Both the position numbers and the translations under genes were made by a program. This document shows positions 1 to 9,628 of a stretch of 64,000 bases of DNA, piece by piece. The DNA lies in assembly GCA_963758495.1 (NCBI GenBank), contig CAVWVI010000003.1, positions 1,088,001 to 1,152,000 on the forward strand. The letters are read 5' to 3'. This DNA comes from Oligoflexia bacterium. GTDB taxonomy: Bacteria; Bdellovibrionota; UBA1018. Numbering within the stretch: position 1 is the first letter of the stretch; each line of letters opens with the position of its first letter. The notes below the pieces were generated by a model that was not told the origin of the DNA, made no database searches, and worked only from the letters and a program-made list of their open reading frames with translations.

Positions 1-1
1 T

Positions 2-2137
2 TGGTTTACTTCCATTTCAAACTCACTTCACGCTGGATTCTGGGAAGAATCCCTCTTTAGAGCCGTACCCCTTGCCAGTGCTGCTCTGATTGGAGAGAAG
101 TTTGGAAATCGCAAAAAATGGATTGGCCTTGGATTTGTGCTTCAAGTGCTCATCTTTGCCGCAGCTCATGCGAACTATCCTGCTCAACCTTCTTATGCTC
201 GTGTAGTCGAGTTGATTATTCCATCCTGCATGTTTGGTGGGATCTACTTACTTTTTGGGCTACTACCTGGGATTATCTTACATTTCACTTTTGACGCCAT
301 CTCCTTTGCCATGCCGCTTTTTGCTGCCTCGACCCGCGGTATCTGGTGGGACCGAGCTTTCGTCATCCTAGTCTCCCTGACTCCTCTTTGGATGATCTTA
401 ATCGCTCGACTGCGAACGGGTCGCTGGAGCGAACTCAAACCTTTAGAATATAATGGTGGATGGAAACCTAAAAAAGCGCGTTCGGACTCAGCAGTGGATC
501 ACAAGCAAAAGGCCTTATCTCCTCTCAATCCATGGGTAACTACTACATTTTCCGTCATGAGCTTTATTTGCCTCATGGGTTGGATATTTGGCTTTAACTT
601 TAAAAATAATGCGCTCCCTCTGGATGTGAATCGGGATCAAGCAATCACCCTTTCCCGCAAAGCTCTAGAAGAGTCGGGAGTTCATTTAACGTCAGACTGG
701 AAAGCCCTTGCTACAACCTTATCGGGAATTGGAAGTGAAGAAAGCTTTATCTGGAAAACAGAAGGACCCGAACGTTATCAAAAGCTCATGGGCAATTACT
801 TACCACCTCCACTCTGGATGGTTCGTTTCGTTCGTTTTAACACCAGCGTTGAAGAACGCGCCGAAGAGTATCGTGTTTACATCGCAAAAAAAGGAGAACT
901 CTTTCGAATTCAGCATGAGCTGCCAGAGGCAAGAAAGGGAGTATCGCTTGAACAAGAGCCGGTTCGCGAAACTGCACTCACCGCAATTGCAAAAATCTAT
1001 GGGCTCAATTCGAAGGCCTTAGTCGAAGTTTCAAGCATCGCATCAAAACTTCCCGCCCGAACAGATTGGCTTTTCGTTTTTTCCGATCCCTCCATTCACT
1101 TGAAGAGCGGGGATGCAAGAATAGGCGTCAGAATCGCAGGAGATCAGCCTATTTCTTCCAAACGCTTTATTTTTATTCCGGAAGAATGGTCTCGAAATGA
1201 ACGAAATCGCGAAAACATGCTGAATCTTGTCAAACTATTTTCATCCATCACTCTTGGAATCATCTTCTTATTGGGTATGATTTCCGCCTTATTGAGTTGG
1301 ACAAAGAAAAATCTGAAATCAGAAGTCTTTTTTATTACTTTTGGTATTATTTTGTTTATACAGACTGTTAATTTACTCAATGGAATCCCGTCAAGTTTCG
1401 CACAACTCTCTACGGATCAACCCCTATTTAATCAGATATTGACTTGGGTCGGCTTTAGTCTAGTGAGAATTCTACTCCTCTCGAGTAGTTTCGCGCTCCT
1501 CTTGAGCTATGTTTACCAACAGTCTCAATTTTCTACAAAAGCTCAAGACTCATCTAGTTTAACTCAGGAATTGATTCAAGGATTTTCAATCGGAATACTT
1601 GGGGTCACCCTATTTGGCCTGACCTCACAGATCTTTTCATCTCAATTACCCAGCATTGGAAAAATAAGTGCATTGGATGAATACTTTCCAATTTTATCAG
1701 GATTCCATTCCCTAGGAAAATGGCTTTTATTTACACTCATTTTTTCAATTGTAGGTCTAGTGTCCGAGCGATTACGGGTATCTAGGAACCATGGTCATAT
1801 TTTCAGCTTTTTCTTTTTATTCTTTTTTGGCTTTGTTCTAAGTGGAATTGAAATACAAAATATTTCCACTTGGGCACTCCAGGGACTCATTATGGGTTTT
1901 TACTTCTGGTTGATTTATCGATATTTTATTCGATCCCAATTTAGACTGATTCCACTAGCAGTATGCAGTGGACTGATGCTCTTAGAATGGAAACAAATCA
2001 AAATGCAGCCCTACTCGGGTGTCACTCTTCATAGTCTGACTTCTATTTTGCTGATAGGCATTGCATCCTACTCCTGGTACAAGTATGTTTCCGAAAATCA
2101 TGGAGAAGCACGATGGCGAATTTTGAAGAAGTCTTGA
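2..2137 (+). CDS. CPBP/Abi-family (type II CAAX protease-like) intramembrane metalloprotease with large membrane C-terminal region; 5'-partial
   Basis: The frame is open from base 2 (WFTSISNSLHAGFWEESLFRAVP...). It shows CPBP motifs EExxFR, FAAAH and ILHFTFD, plus many TM segments. Confidence 0.8.
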   Translation, partial: WFTSISNSLHAGFWEESLFRAVPLASAALIGEKFGNRKKWIGLGFVLQVLIFAAAHANYPAQPSYARVVELIIPSCMFGGIYLLFGLLPGIILHFTFDAISFAMPLFAASTRGIWWDRAFVILVSLTPLWMILIARLRTGRWSELKPLEYNGGWKPKKARSDSAVDHKQKALSPLNPWVTTTFSVMSFICLMGWIFGFNFKNNALPLDVNRDQAITLSRKALEESGVHLTSDWKALATTLSGIGSEESFIWKTEGPERYQKLMGNYLPPPLWMVRFVRFNTSVEERAEEYRVYIAKKGELFRIQHELPEARKGVSLEQEPVRETALTAIAKIYGLNSKALVEVSSIASKLPARTDWLFVFSDPSIHLKSGDARIGVRIAGDQPISSKRFIFIPEEWSRNERNRENMLNLVKLFSSITLGIIFLLGMISALLSWTKKNLKSEVFFITFGIILFIQTVNLLNGIPSSFAQLSTDQPLFNQILTWVGFSLVRILLLSSSFALLLSYVYQQSQFSTKAQDSSSLTQELIQGFSIGILGVTLFGLTSQIFSSQLPSIGKISALDEYFPILSGFHSLGKWLLFTLIFSIVGLVSERLRVSRNHGHIFSFFFLFFFGFVLSGIEIQNISTWALQGLIMGFYFWLIYRYFIRSQFRLIPLAVCSGLMLLEWKQIKMQPYSGVTLHSLTSILLIGIASYSWYKYVSENHGEARWRILKKS

Positions 2138-2700
2138 GCCATTTAGACAATCGAATCGATTTACATGCTCGATTTATTAATACAATGAGCTTATTGGAAT
2201 ACATTGGTGCTCGAAAAATCGTAAAAAGCCAAGTAGATCGCTCAATCACTTCAGAGCTTCTTTCACATATTTCGGAAGAACTCCGCCATGCACAAATTCT
2301 AAAACAACTGGCTCTCAAGCTCAGTGATCAATCTCTAGATACTTATGGGGAAGACCATTTGATTGCAGGTTCAGAAGGTAGAGCCTACATTCAAACGGTT
2401 GATCGTGCCGTTGAGAAAGCGTTACCTAAAAAAGATGAATGGGGAAATTACCTAATTACAACCTTACTCATCGAAGAAAGAGCGGCAAAAGTATACCCGT
2501 TTTACGATCTTTATTTAAATAAATTTGGAGTGTCTGGACGGCTGTCAAGCATCGTTCGTGACGAAGATAAACATCTTCAAGCCGTTGTAAATCATCTTAA
2601 GAAATCATACCCTGGCATTGAACAGCTACTCGAACAGCTCCGACAGATCGAAACTGAATCTTTTAATCAGTTTATGGGTGCTGTACTCAGCGCGTGTTAA
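2113..2700 (+). CDS. Ferritin-like (diiron-carboxylate) domain protein
   Basis: Two ExxH motifs (EELRH, DEDKH) with upstream Glu residues (LEY, IEE) in a four-helix pattern; GGAG upstream of the ATG. Confidence 0.7.
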   Translation: MANFEEVLSHLDNRIDLHARFINTMSLLEYIGARKIVKSQVDRSITSELLSHISEELRHAQILKQLALKLSDQSLDTYGEDHLIAGSEGRAYIQTVDRAVEKALPKKDEWGNYLITTLLIEERAAKVYPFYDLYLNKFGVSGRLSSIVRDEDKHLQAVVNHLKKSYPGIEQLLEQLRQIETESFNQFMGAVLSAC

Positions 2701-3268
2701 AACTGTCTGCAATTGAAGTACGGCAAACTCGACTTGCGGCAAACAGAGTTGCAGCTACCACTATACAAACCACCCAGACAAATGCAGCCAAGCCCATCAC
2801 AGGTTCAAATTCAAGCATAACATAAAACTGAGGAGAGGACTCACGTACAAGCGGCATTAAAATTCCGTCTCTAAAAAATATTTTAGATAGAGAAAAAGCC
2901 ACAAGAATTCCAGAAAGACTCCCCAAGCATCCTAAAGCCAGTCCTTCATACATCAACAGCGCCACAATCCCCGCTACAGACTCACCATTAGCTCGGAGAT
3001 TTCCAATTTCCCGCTTTCGTTCCATCACAGTTCTTAAAACCGCATTGAAAACTACAAGAAAAACAATCGCGAATAGCGCCATTTGGATGAGCAAGATCTG
3101 AGACCTCAACCCATCCGAAATCCGGTTTTCTCGATATTGATTGATCACTCCCTGTTCCATACCGCTTAAGATAAATAAAGATCCGCATCCCATTGCAATG
3201 ATGAGTAACATTCCAATAGTTCTATGAATATCATGTCGGAGCCTTCGAAGAGCCAAATTAAAAAGCAT
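2687..3268 (-). CDS. FtsX/LolE-like ABC permease, apparently lacking the periplasmic domain
   Basis: ERKREIGNLRANG matches the FtsX-family motif. AGGAG RBS precedes the ATG at 3268. Only ~193 aa. Confidence 0.7.
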   Translation of the reverse strand: MLFNLALRRLRHDIHRTIGMLLIIAMGCGSLFILSGMEQGVINQYRENRISDGLRSQILLIQMALFAIVFLVVFNAVLRTVMERKREIGNLRANGESVAGIVALLMYEGLALGCLGSLSGILVAFSLSKIFFRDGILMPLVRESSPQFYVMLEFEPVMGLAAFVWVVCIVVAATLFAASRVCRTSIADSFNTR

Positions 3269-3278
3269 GATCCCACTC

Positions 3279-3953
3279 CTATGAAGAAAGCACCCCGCCA
3301 CACAAATAATTTTTTTTAGAACACAAACTGAGAACCATTGGATCGTGGCTTCCAAGAATAAAAGTCATTCCGGATTTTCGATTCAGTTCTTTAAAAAGTT
3401 TCATGATTTCAAAGCCCATATTTTGATCTAGGCTTGCAGTTGGCTCGTCGGCCAGAATCACACTGGGTCTTTTTGCAATCGCTTGGGCAATCACCACCCT
3501 CTGCCTTTGACCACTGCTCATCTCCCATGATTTCCTCTTCCGATGTTCCCAGAGCCCAACCCAACTCAGAGCTTGTCGGACAAGATGAGATCGTTCACGA
3601 AATTTTAACCCTTGGCGAAAAAGAAAGTATTCCACATTTTCTTCGACTGTAAGGACGGACGATAAATGGAAATTTTGAAAAACAAAACCGAGCTTAAACT
3701 GCCTGATCCAGCTTTTATCACGTTCTCGCAAAGTTTTGAAATCACGTCCGGCAAAGAAAATATGCCCGAATTGAATCGGCTCGATCAGTCCTAAAAGATG
3801 AAGAAGAGTACTTTTTCCACTTCCAGAAGGACCATTCAAACAAAAGAAATCCCCTGACTCGACGCAAAAGGTCACTCCTCTCAGGGCTTTCACATTTTGC
3901 AGTCCTAGCTCATATTGAAATCGAAGATTCTCAACTTGGTAGAGCACGCTCAT
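3279..3953 (-). CDS. ABC transporter ATP-binding protein (LolD/MacB-like)
   Basis: Walker A GPSGSGKST, GFVFQNFHL, degenerate signature MSSGQ, Walker B ILADEPT, H-loop SHD. Confidence 0.9.
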   Translation of the reverse strand: MSVLYQVENLRFQYELGLQNVKALRGVTFCVESGDFFCLNGPSGSGKSTLLHLLGLIEPIQFGHIFFAGRDFKTLRERDKSWIRQFKLGFVFQNFHLSSVLTVEENVEYFLFRQGLKFRERSHLVRQALSWVGLWEHRKRKSWEMSSGQRQRVVIAQAIAKRPSVILADEPTASLDQNMGFEIMKLFKELNRKSGMTFILGSHDPMVLSLCSKKNYLCGGVLSS

Positions 3954-4051
3954 TTCACATCTTCCTCGGGCATCTTCCTCACGCCGGATGTTTGATTACC
4001 TATTTAATCTTCTGGGGTCAAAGCATATTCATCTGATGGGTTCAGTGACAA

Positions 4052-5326
4052 TTAAGCTACTGCGAGTATTAGCTTCAATTCATCTAGAGTCGGAGCAATT
4101 TCTTTAAAATGAGAAGGCCGCGAGAGAATCTCTTGAAGCGCAGGTGGAATTTCGACAGGGCGCCCAATGAGCGGCTCTACGATCGTATCAAATTTCGCTG
4201 GATGGGCTGTCGCAACAACGATCCAATTTCCAGAACCTAGTTTTTCTCGCTTAAAAACAGCTGTAGCAGTATGAGGACAAAATACTTGCCCCCAACGCTT
4301 CACGCCATTTCGAATGGTTTCAGAAATTTCTTTATCGCTCACCGACAAGGAATCTACGTCTCGGACTAAGTCTTTATGTTGTGGGTAAAGGTGAATGAGT
4401 CGTTCTATATTACTTGGATTCCCCACATCCATAGCATTAGCAAGGGTTGAAACAGTTGGATGAGGTTTCCAAACTCCAGTTTTCAAAAACTCAGAAATGG
4501 GTCGATTAGCATTTGTCGCTAACACTACTTTACCTATCGGAAATCCCATTTTTTTAGCCCATAAGGCCGCCATGGCATTACCTAGATTTCCCGTAGGTAC
4601 AATTACACCTGGAGCTATTCCTCGCTGCTGATAAAATTTCAAACTTGAATAAGCGTAATAAACACATTGAGGCAAAAGTCTTCCAATATTGATACTGTTG
4701 GCAGAGAAAAGTCCTTTTTCATTTTTCCATCGCTGATCAGCAAACCCTTCTTTAACCAACCTTTGACAATCATCAAAATCGCCTCGTACTGCTATGGCTT
4801 TGACATTCTGCCCCCAAGAGGTGAGTTGTTTTTCTTGTCGAGCAGATACTTTCCCTTTTGGATAAAGGATCACGACATCAAACGCTGGCTTTCCAAAGAA
4901 TGCCGCAGCAACCGCCCCCCCAGTATCTCCAGAAGTAGCCACTAAAACGGTGCGTCGATGCGAAGAAGGAAGCTTTGAAACAGCTCCAGCAAGAAATCTT
5001 GCGCCAAAATCTTTGAATGCAGCAGTGGGGCCATGAAAGAGTTCTAAGAGCGCAGTGTGATGATCCAGAAAATGAAGTGGAACCGGAAAATTAAATGCTT
5101 CTTCGCAAATTTCAGGGAGTCTTTCCTGTAATACGTCTTTCTCTAGCCAAGGTTTCATCAAGATTTGAGCCAACTCAGAAACTTTTAAAGTTGATTTGAA
5201 ATTGCTGCTTTCAAAAACAGGGATGGATTCAGGAATAAAAAGCCCACCATCTGAAGCCAACCCTTGATTCAGCGCTTCAGAAAATCGAACGGGCTCAACA
5301 TTCCCTCGAGTGCTAAAATACTTCAT
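4052..5326 (-). CDS. thrC: Threonine synthase
   Basis: LELFHGPTAAFKDFG PLP-Lys motif, ATSGDTG, NSINIGR. The start MKYFSTRG overlaps the thrB stop (TGATG). Confidence 0.95.
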   Translation of the reverse strand: MKYFSTRGNVEPVRFSEALNQGLASDGGLFIPESIPVFESSNFKSTLKVSELAQILMKPWLEKDVLQERLPEICEEAFNFPVPLHFLDHHTALLELFHGPTAAFKDFGARFLAGAVSKLPSSHRRTVLVATSGDTGGAVAAAFFGKPAFDVVILYPKGKVSARQEKQLTSWGQNVKAIAVRGDFDDCQRLVKEGFADQRWKNEKGLFSANSINIGRLLPQCVYYAYSSLKFYQQRGIAPGVIVPTGNLGNAMAALWAKKMGFPIGKVVLATNANRPISEFLKTGVWKPHPTVSTLANAMDVGNPSNIERLIHLYPQHKDLVRDVDSLSVSDKEISETIRNGVKRWGQVFCPHTATAVFKREKLGSGNWIVVATAHPAKFDTIVEPLIGRPVEIPPALQEILSRPSHFKEIAPTLDELKLILAVA

Positions 5327-6267
5327 CAGATCAACCGCGCACCCTGCTGACTCACGGGAGAGATCCAACTATCGGCCTCAACATTTTCATTCTTTAAACT
5401 ACCCATCATGGCGTTCCTCACTTTTGCAGCTACCTCTGAATTCTTTGTCCACGCAAAAATCGATGGTCCTGATCCCGAGATTGAACAGCCGAGAGCACCC
5501 GCTTGAATTGCAGCTTTTTTGACAGAATGAAAACCTGGAATGAGTGCAGCTCTTTGAGGCTCAACGATGACATCCTGCAAAGATTTTGCAATCTGTTTTA
5601 AGTCCTTTTGAAAACACCCCGCTATAAATCCCGCCAAGTTTGCAGACTGGCGCACAAAGGCAGTCATTGGAATCTCAGGTTTAAGCACAGATCGAGAAAC
5701 CCTCGTATCTAATCGAATGTGTGGATGAACTAAAACGCAAATAATCTCGGCTGGAAACGGGATAGAGATCGTTGCGATAGGATCTATGGCGCTCACTAAA
5801 GTCAGACCACCATAAAGACAGGGTGCCACATTATCTGGATGCGCTGAACCACTCGCGACGTATTCACCCATTAATGCATACTTCAATAAAACATCTTTCG
5901 ACAATGACACGTCTAGCAACGCATTTGCCGCGACAAGTGCCCCTACTGATGAAGCCGCAGAGCCGCCCATTCCTGACCCAAGAGGAATTCCCTTTCTAAT
6001 TGAAACTCGGAAACCATGAGTGAGTTTTAAATCCTTGACCAGTTGCAGAAGCCCTACTGTCGCAGTATTTTGAGCAGGATCCTTGGGAAGAGCTGTTTCA
6101 ACTCCTTGGATTTCGGAAATGCTCACAGGGAGTTGACCTTGCTGAACTTCCACTCTCTCCACAGTAATCTGGTCTCCCACGCTCTCTATTGGAAAGCCGA
6201 GGATATCAAATCCCACCGCTACATTGGCAATCGTTGCAGGAGCAAATACGACAGCAGTCTTTCTCAT
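5326..6267 (-). CDS. thrB: Homoserine kinase
   Basis: APATIANVAVGFDILG, GHMP motif PLGSGMGGSAAS, HPDNVAP, SGSGPS. Confidence 0.95.
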   Translation of the reverse strand: MRKTAVVFAPATIANVAVGFDILGFPIESVGDQITVERVEVQQGQLPVSISEIQGVETALPKDPAQNTATVGLLQLVKDLKLTHGFRVSIRKGIPLGSGMGGSAASSVGALVAANALLDVSLSKDVLLKYALMGEYVASGSAHPDNVAPCLYGGLTLVSAIDPIATISIPFPAEIICVLVHPHIRLDTRVSRSVLKPEIPMTAFVRQSANLAGFIAGCFQKDLKQIAKSLQDVIVEPQRAALIPGFHSVKKAAIQAGALGCSISGSGPSIFAWTKNSEVAAKVRNAMMGSLKNENVEADSWISPVSQQGARLI

Positions 6268-8720
6268 GATGAGCCGCCCAAATAAGACATCAGCCTGAGT
6301 AAATCCGCAAATACCCCCGCTGCTGTCACCTCTGGCCCCGCTCCCGGTCCTTGGATGATCAAGGGCTGCTGGAAATACCGCTCCGTCTTGAAAGCCACAA
6401 TATTGTCTGTACCTGTGGTTCGAGCAAATACATGGTCTTTTGGATAAGACTTGAGCTTCACTTGAGCCTTACCCCAAGCCCGAGTATGACCCTGACCCTT
6501 ACCCTGAACCTCAATCATTCCCACATATCTAATGACTTCTCCCTTTTGGGTAGCAGCCAAGAGTAATTGTGACATGTAGTCATCCGAGTAAGAAACCAGA
6601 CTCTCCACCTCGATCTGATTCAGCTCTAACGAAAGCCCGATTTCTCTCGCTAATATGACTAGCTTTCTAGCTACATCTGTTCCCGACAAATCATCACGAG
6701 GATCGGGCTCAGTATATCCTTTTGCTTGAGCATCCTGAACAATTTTAGAAAATGGCGTCTGGGGATTAAAGTGATTAAATAAATAGGATAAAGTTCCAGA
6801 TAAGCTCCCCTCAATTTGAAAGATTTGATCTCCAGTCTGAATTAAGTCACGTAAAGTATTGATAATAGGCAGTCCTGCTCCAACGTTCGTTTCATAAAGA
6901 AAATGCCTATTTTTCAAACGAGAAACATCCCGTAATTTATTGTAGAACTCCATACTGCCAGCATTCGCCTTTTTATTTGGAGTTATAATATGAAGCCCAT
7001 TTTCCAACCAACTTACATATTGATCGGCAATCTTCGCACTCGACGTACAATCAATGATCACTGCATGGGGTAAATAATCTGCATAAACGTGATCTACAAA
7101 AGTGGCCAAATCCATTTTCGTAGAAGAGGCATTGAGTTGCTGCTTCCAAGTTTTCAAATCAATAGGATCATCCGATAAAATCATCTGAGTTGAATTCATA
7201 ATCCCACGAACTCTCAGATCAATTTTAAAATTTGATTTCAATCGTACCAGTTCATTTTGAAGCTGATTTAGAAAAGTTCCGCCGATACTTCCAGGTCCTA
7301 CTAAACCGATAGAAATCGTTTGATTTGATAGATAAAATGCAGAATGAACTGCTCTTAATGCGCGCCTCTGTTGAGTGCGGTCGATCACTGCGGAAATATT
7401 TCGCTCCGATGACCCTTGAGCAATCGCTTTAACACTGATCCCGGCTTTTCCTAGAGCACTAAAAAATTTTCCAGAAATGCCTGCATGATGCACCATATTA
7501 TCACCTACTGCAGAAAGAATACTGCAATCTTTGATAATGCTGATTGTTTGAATCAGTTTATGATGAATCTCTGCGAAAAATGCTGTTTCAACCGTTTTTT
7601 TAGCAAGATCGGAATCACTTTGTGAAACTGCAAAACAGATTGAATGCTCTGAACCCGCTTGCGAGATCATGACTACGGAGATACCCACTTCATGGAGTGC
7701 TCCGAAAAGACGCTTAGCAATTCCTGGCACTCCAAGCATTCCAGTACCTTCAAGGTTGATGAGTACCATTCCATCAATCGTAGCAAACCCCTTGATGGCC
7801 TGATGATTACTTTGATTCAAATCATGAATTTGTGTTCCTGGAAATGATGGATTGAAAGTATTTCGAATCCAAATTGGAATTTTACCATCTATTGCAGGCA
7901 TCATCGTACTAGGGTGAAGGACCTTCGCACCAAAATAGGCTAATTCAGTCGCCTCGCTATAAGACATTTCGTCAAGGACTACCGCTTCTGGAACTAGGCG
8001 AGGGTCAGCACTCATCACGCCATCAATATCAGTCCAAATCGTAATCATAGAAGCATTCAAGAGTGCGCCAAAAATCGAGCCCGAAAAATCACTCCCATTC
8101 CTACCTAACGTCGTAGGCACTCCATCGGCAGAAGATGCAACGTAACCTGTAATGATAAGAATTTGACTGTGATTTCTTTTTAACCACTCGTCCATTTTTT
8201 TTCGAGAGGTGTTCCAATCCACTGAAACCATCTTGTCTACCACATCCACGACAAGAACTTGTCTCGCATCCAACCAATCGGATTGAATATGATTAGACTT
8301 CAAATAGGCATTTAAAAACTGCGCAGACCAAAGCTCCCCATAACCCGAGATCATTTCCAGGGTACGGTGAGAGTAGCCACGTGTTAAAAAAATCCCTCGT
8401 AGGATCTCTTCAATTTCTCCACAATCGGCATCTATCTTACTTAAAAGAGGTGGCCAGTGCGTTTCTGGAAGAAGCTCTTGAATGGTCTGATGGTGTTTTA
8501 ATTTTATTTTTTTAAGCTGATCTAAATAAATATTATTTTGCTTTTTTGCGTTCTCGACCAACTCAATCAAACTATTAGTCACACCGCTCATCGCAGAGAC
8601 TACCACCGCTTTTAGTTCTCCGGGTTGATTATCGATAATTTTTGAAACGACTTTGTATTGGTGGGAATTTGCGACACTCGTTCCCCCGAACTTATGAACA
8701 GTCCAAGATTGATGGGTCAT
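6264..8720 (-). CDS. thrA: Bifunctional aspartate kinase/homoserine dehydrogenase I
   Basis: HKFGGTSV, TTLGRNGSD, ACT domains, GPGSIG, YETNVGAGLP, GYTEPDPRDDLSG, GPGAGPEVTA. Confidence 0.95.
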   Translation of the reverse strand: MTHQSWTVHKFGGTSVANSHQYKVVSKIIDNQPGELKAVVVSAMSGVTNSLIELVENAKKQNNIYLDQLKKIKLKHHQTIQELLPETHWPPLLSKIDADCGEIEEILRGIFLTRGYSHRTLEMISGYGELWSAQFLNAYLKSNHIQSDWLDARQVLVVDVVDKMVSVDWNTSRKKMDEWLKRNHSQILIITGYVASSADGVPTTLGRNGSDFSGSIFGALLNASMITIWTDIDGVMSADPRLVPEAVVLDEMSYSEATELAYFGAKVLHPSTMMPAIDGKIPIWIRNTFNPSFPGTQIHDLNQSNHQAIKGFATIDGMVLINLEGTGMLGVPGIAKRLFGALHEVGISVVMISQAGSEHSICFAVSQSDSDLAKKTVETAFFAEIHHKLIQTISIIKDCSILSAVGDNMVHHAGISGKFFSALGKAGISVKAIAQGSSERNISAVIDRTQQRRALRAVHSAFYLSNQTISIGLVGPGSIGGTFLNQLQNELVRLKSNFKIDLRVRGIMNSTQMILSDDPIDLKTWKQQLNASSTKMDLATFVDHVYADYLPHAVIIDCTSSAKIADQYVSWLENGLHIITPNKKANAGSMEFYNKLRDVSRLKNRHFLYETNVGAGLPIINTLRDLIQTGDQIFQIEGSLSGTLSYLFNHFNPQTPFSKIVQDAQAKGYTEPDPRDDLSGTDVARKLVILAREIGLSLELNQIEVESLVSYSDDYMSQLLLAATQKGEVIRYVGMIEVQGKGQGHTRAWGKAQVKLKSYPKDHVFARTTGTDNIVAFKTERYFQQPLIIQGPGAGPEVTAAGVFADLLRLMSYLGGSS

Positions 8721-8749
8721 TCATTAAATAATACATTTCCTCCCGTCGA

Positions 8750-9628
8750 ATGTCTATTTCTGTTAAGAATACGCGGATGCATCCCAAACGCGATTTAGCC
8801 ATAGTTCTACGCTCTGTCCTTTATGAGGAGCGGCATAAAATCGTTACGGCTCTCACGCAAGAGCACGGCCAAATTACCGCTATGGCTAAAAACTCGGTTC
8901 AATCCAGACGCTTTGGTGGCACACTTGAGCCCTTTGCCGCAAGTGAGTGGGCATTTACATTGAAACCAGGCTCCGAACTCTATCATCTTACAGAAGCTCA
9001 AATCCGCGAACCATTTGAGGAAATACGTAAAGATTTCATAAAGTTTTGTCTAGCAAGCGCATTTAATGAACTCCTACTTAAACTCGCGCCTCAAAATGAA
9101 GTCTGTTTAGATCTCTTTCGACTTCACTCGAATGCCCTTTCCACCTTGAATGAAGCTCAAATAAATAACAGTGAGATTACTTTACTCAACGCCTACCTAG
9201 CAAAAGTACTTCAATGGAGCGGAAGTCAGCCCCGCCTTTATGCTTGTATCCAATGCAACGTCGCGTTGGAAGATGTTGATCCGAATCAAGAACTCACCTG
9301 CATTATTGCAAACGCGGGTTGGATTTGTTCTCAATGTCGTCATCAAGAAATTCGGCATATAAAAGAGAGAGATGCAAAAATTCTCCAACATTCTTTACTC
9401 AGGCTAAAGCCATTAGCCCTTCAAGACTTTCAGCTGAGTTTAAGATTACCTATCCGGCAGATCCTCTTACATGCACGGGCATCAAGCCAAGACCATAAAC
9501 AGTTATTTCAATTTATTGAAGCCCTGTATGTTTATCACTTGCCAGGATTCGATCAAAAACCCCTCAAAACACTCCGTTTTCTTGGCTTAGAATCCAGTGC
9601 ACAGCCTGCATTAATGACTCACCAATAA
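8750..9628 (+). CDS. recO: DNA repair protein RecO
   Basis: N-terminal OB fold (AIVLRS...E.HKIV..LT.EHG, SRRFGGTLEPF) and a Zn finger (CIQC...CSQC). Alternative start at 8777. Confidence 0.9.
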   Translation: MSISVKNTRMHPKRDLAIVLRSVLYEERHKIVTALTQEHGQITAMAKNSVQSRRFGGTLEPFAASEWAFTLKPGSELYHLTEAQIREPFEEIRKDFIKFCLASAFNELLLKLAPQNEVCLDLFRLHSNALSTLNEAQINNSEITLLNAYLAKVLQWSGSQPRLYACIQCNVALEDVDPNQELTCIIANAGWICSQCRHQEIRHIKERDAKILQHSLLRLKPLALQDFQLSLRLPIRQILLHARASSQDHKQLFQFIEALYVYHLPGFDQKPLKTLRFLGLESSAQPALMTHQ

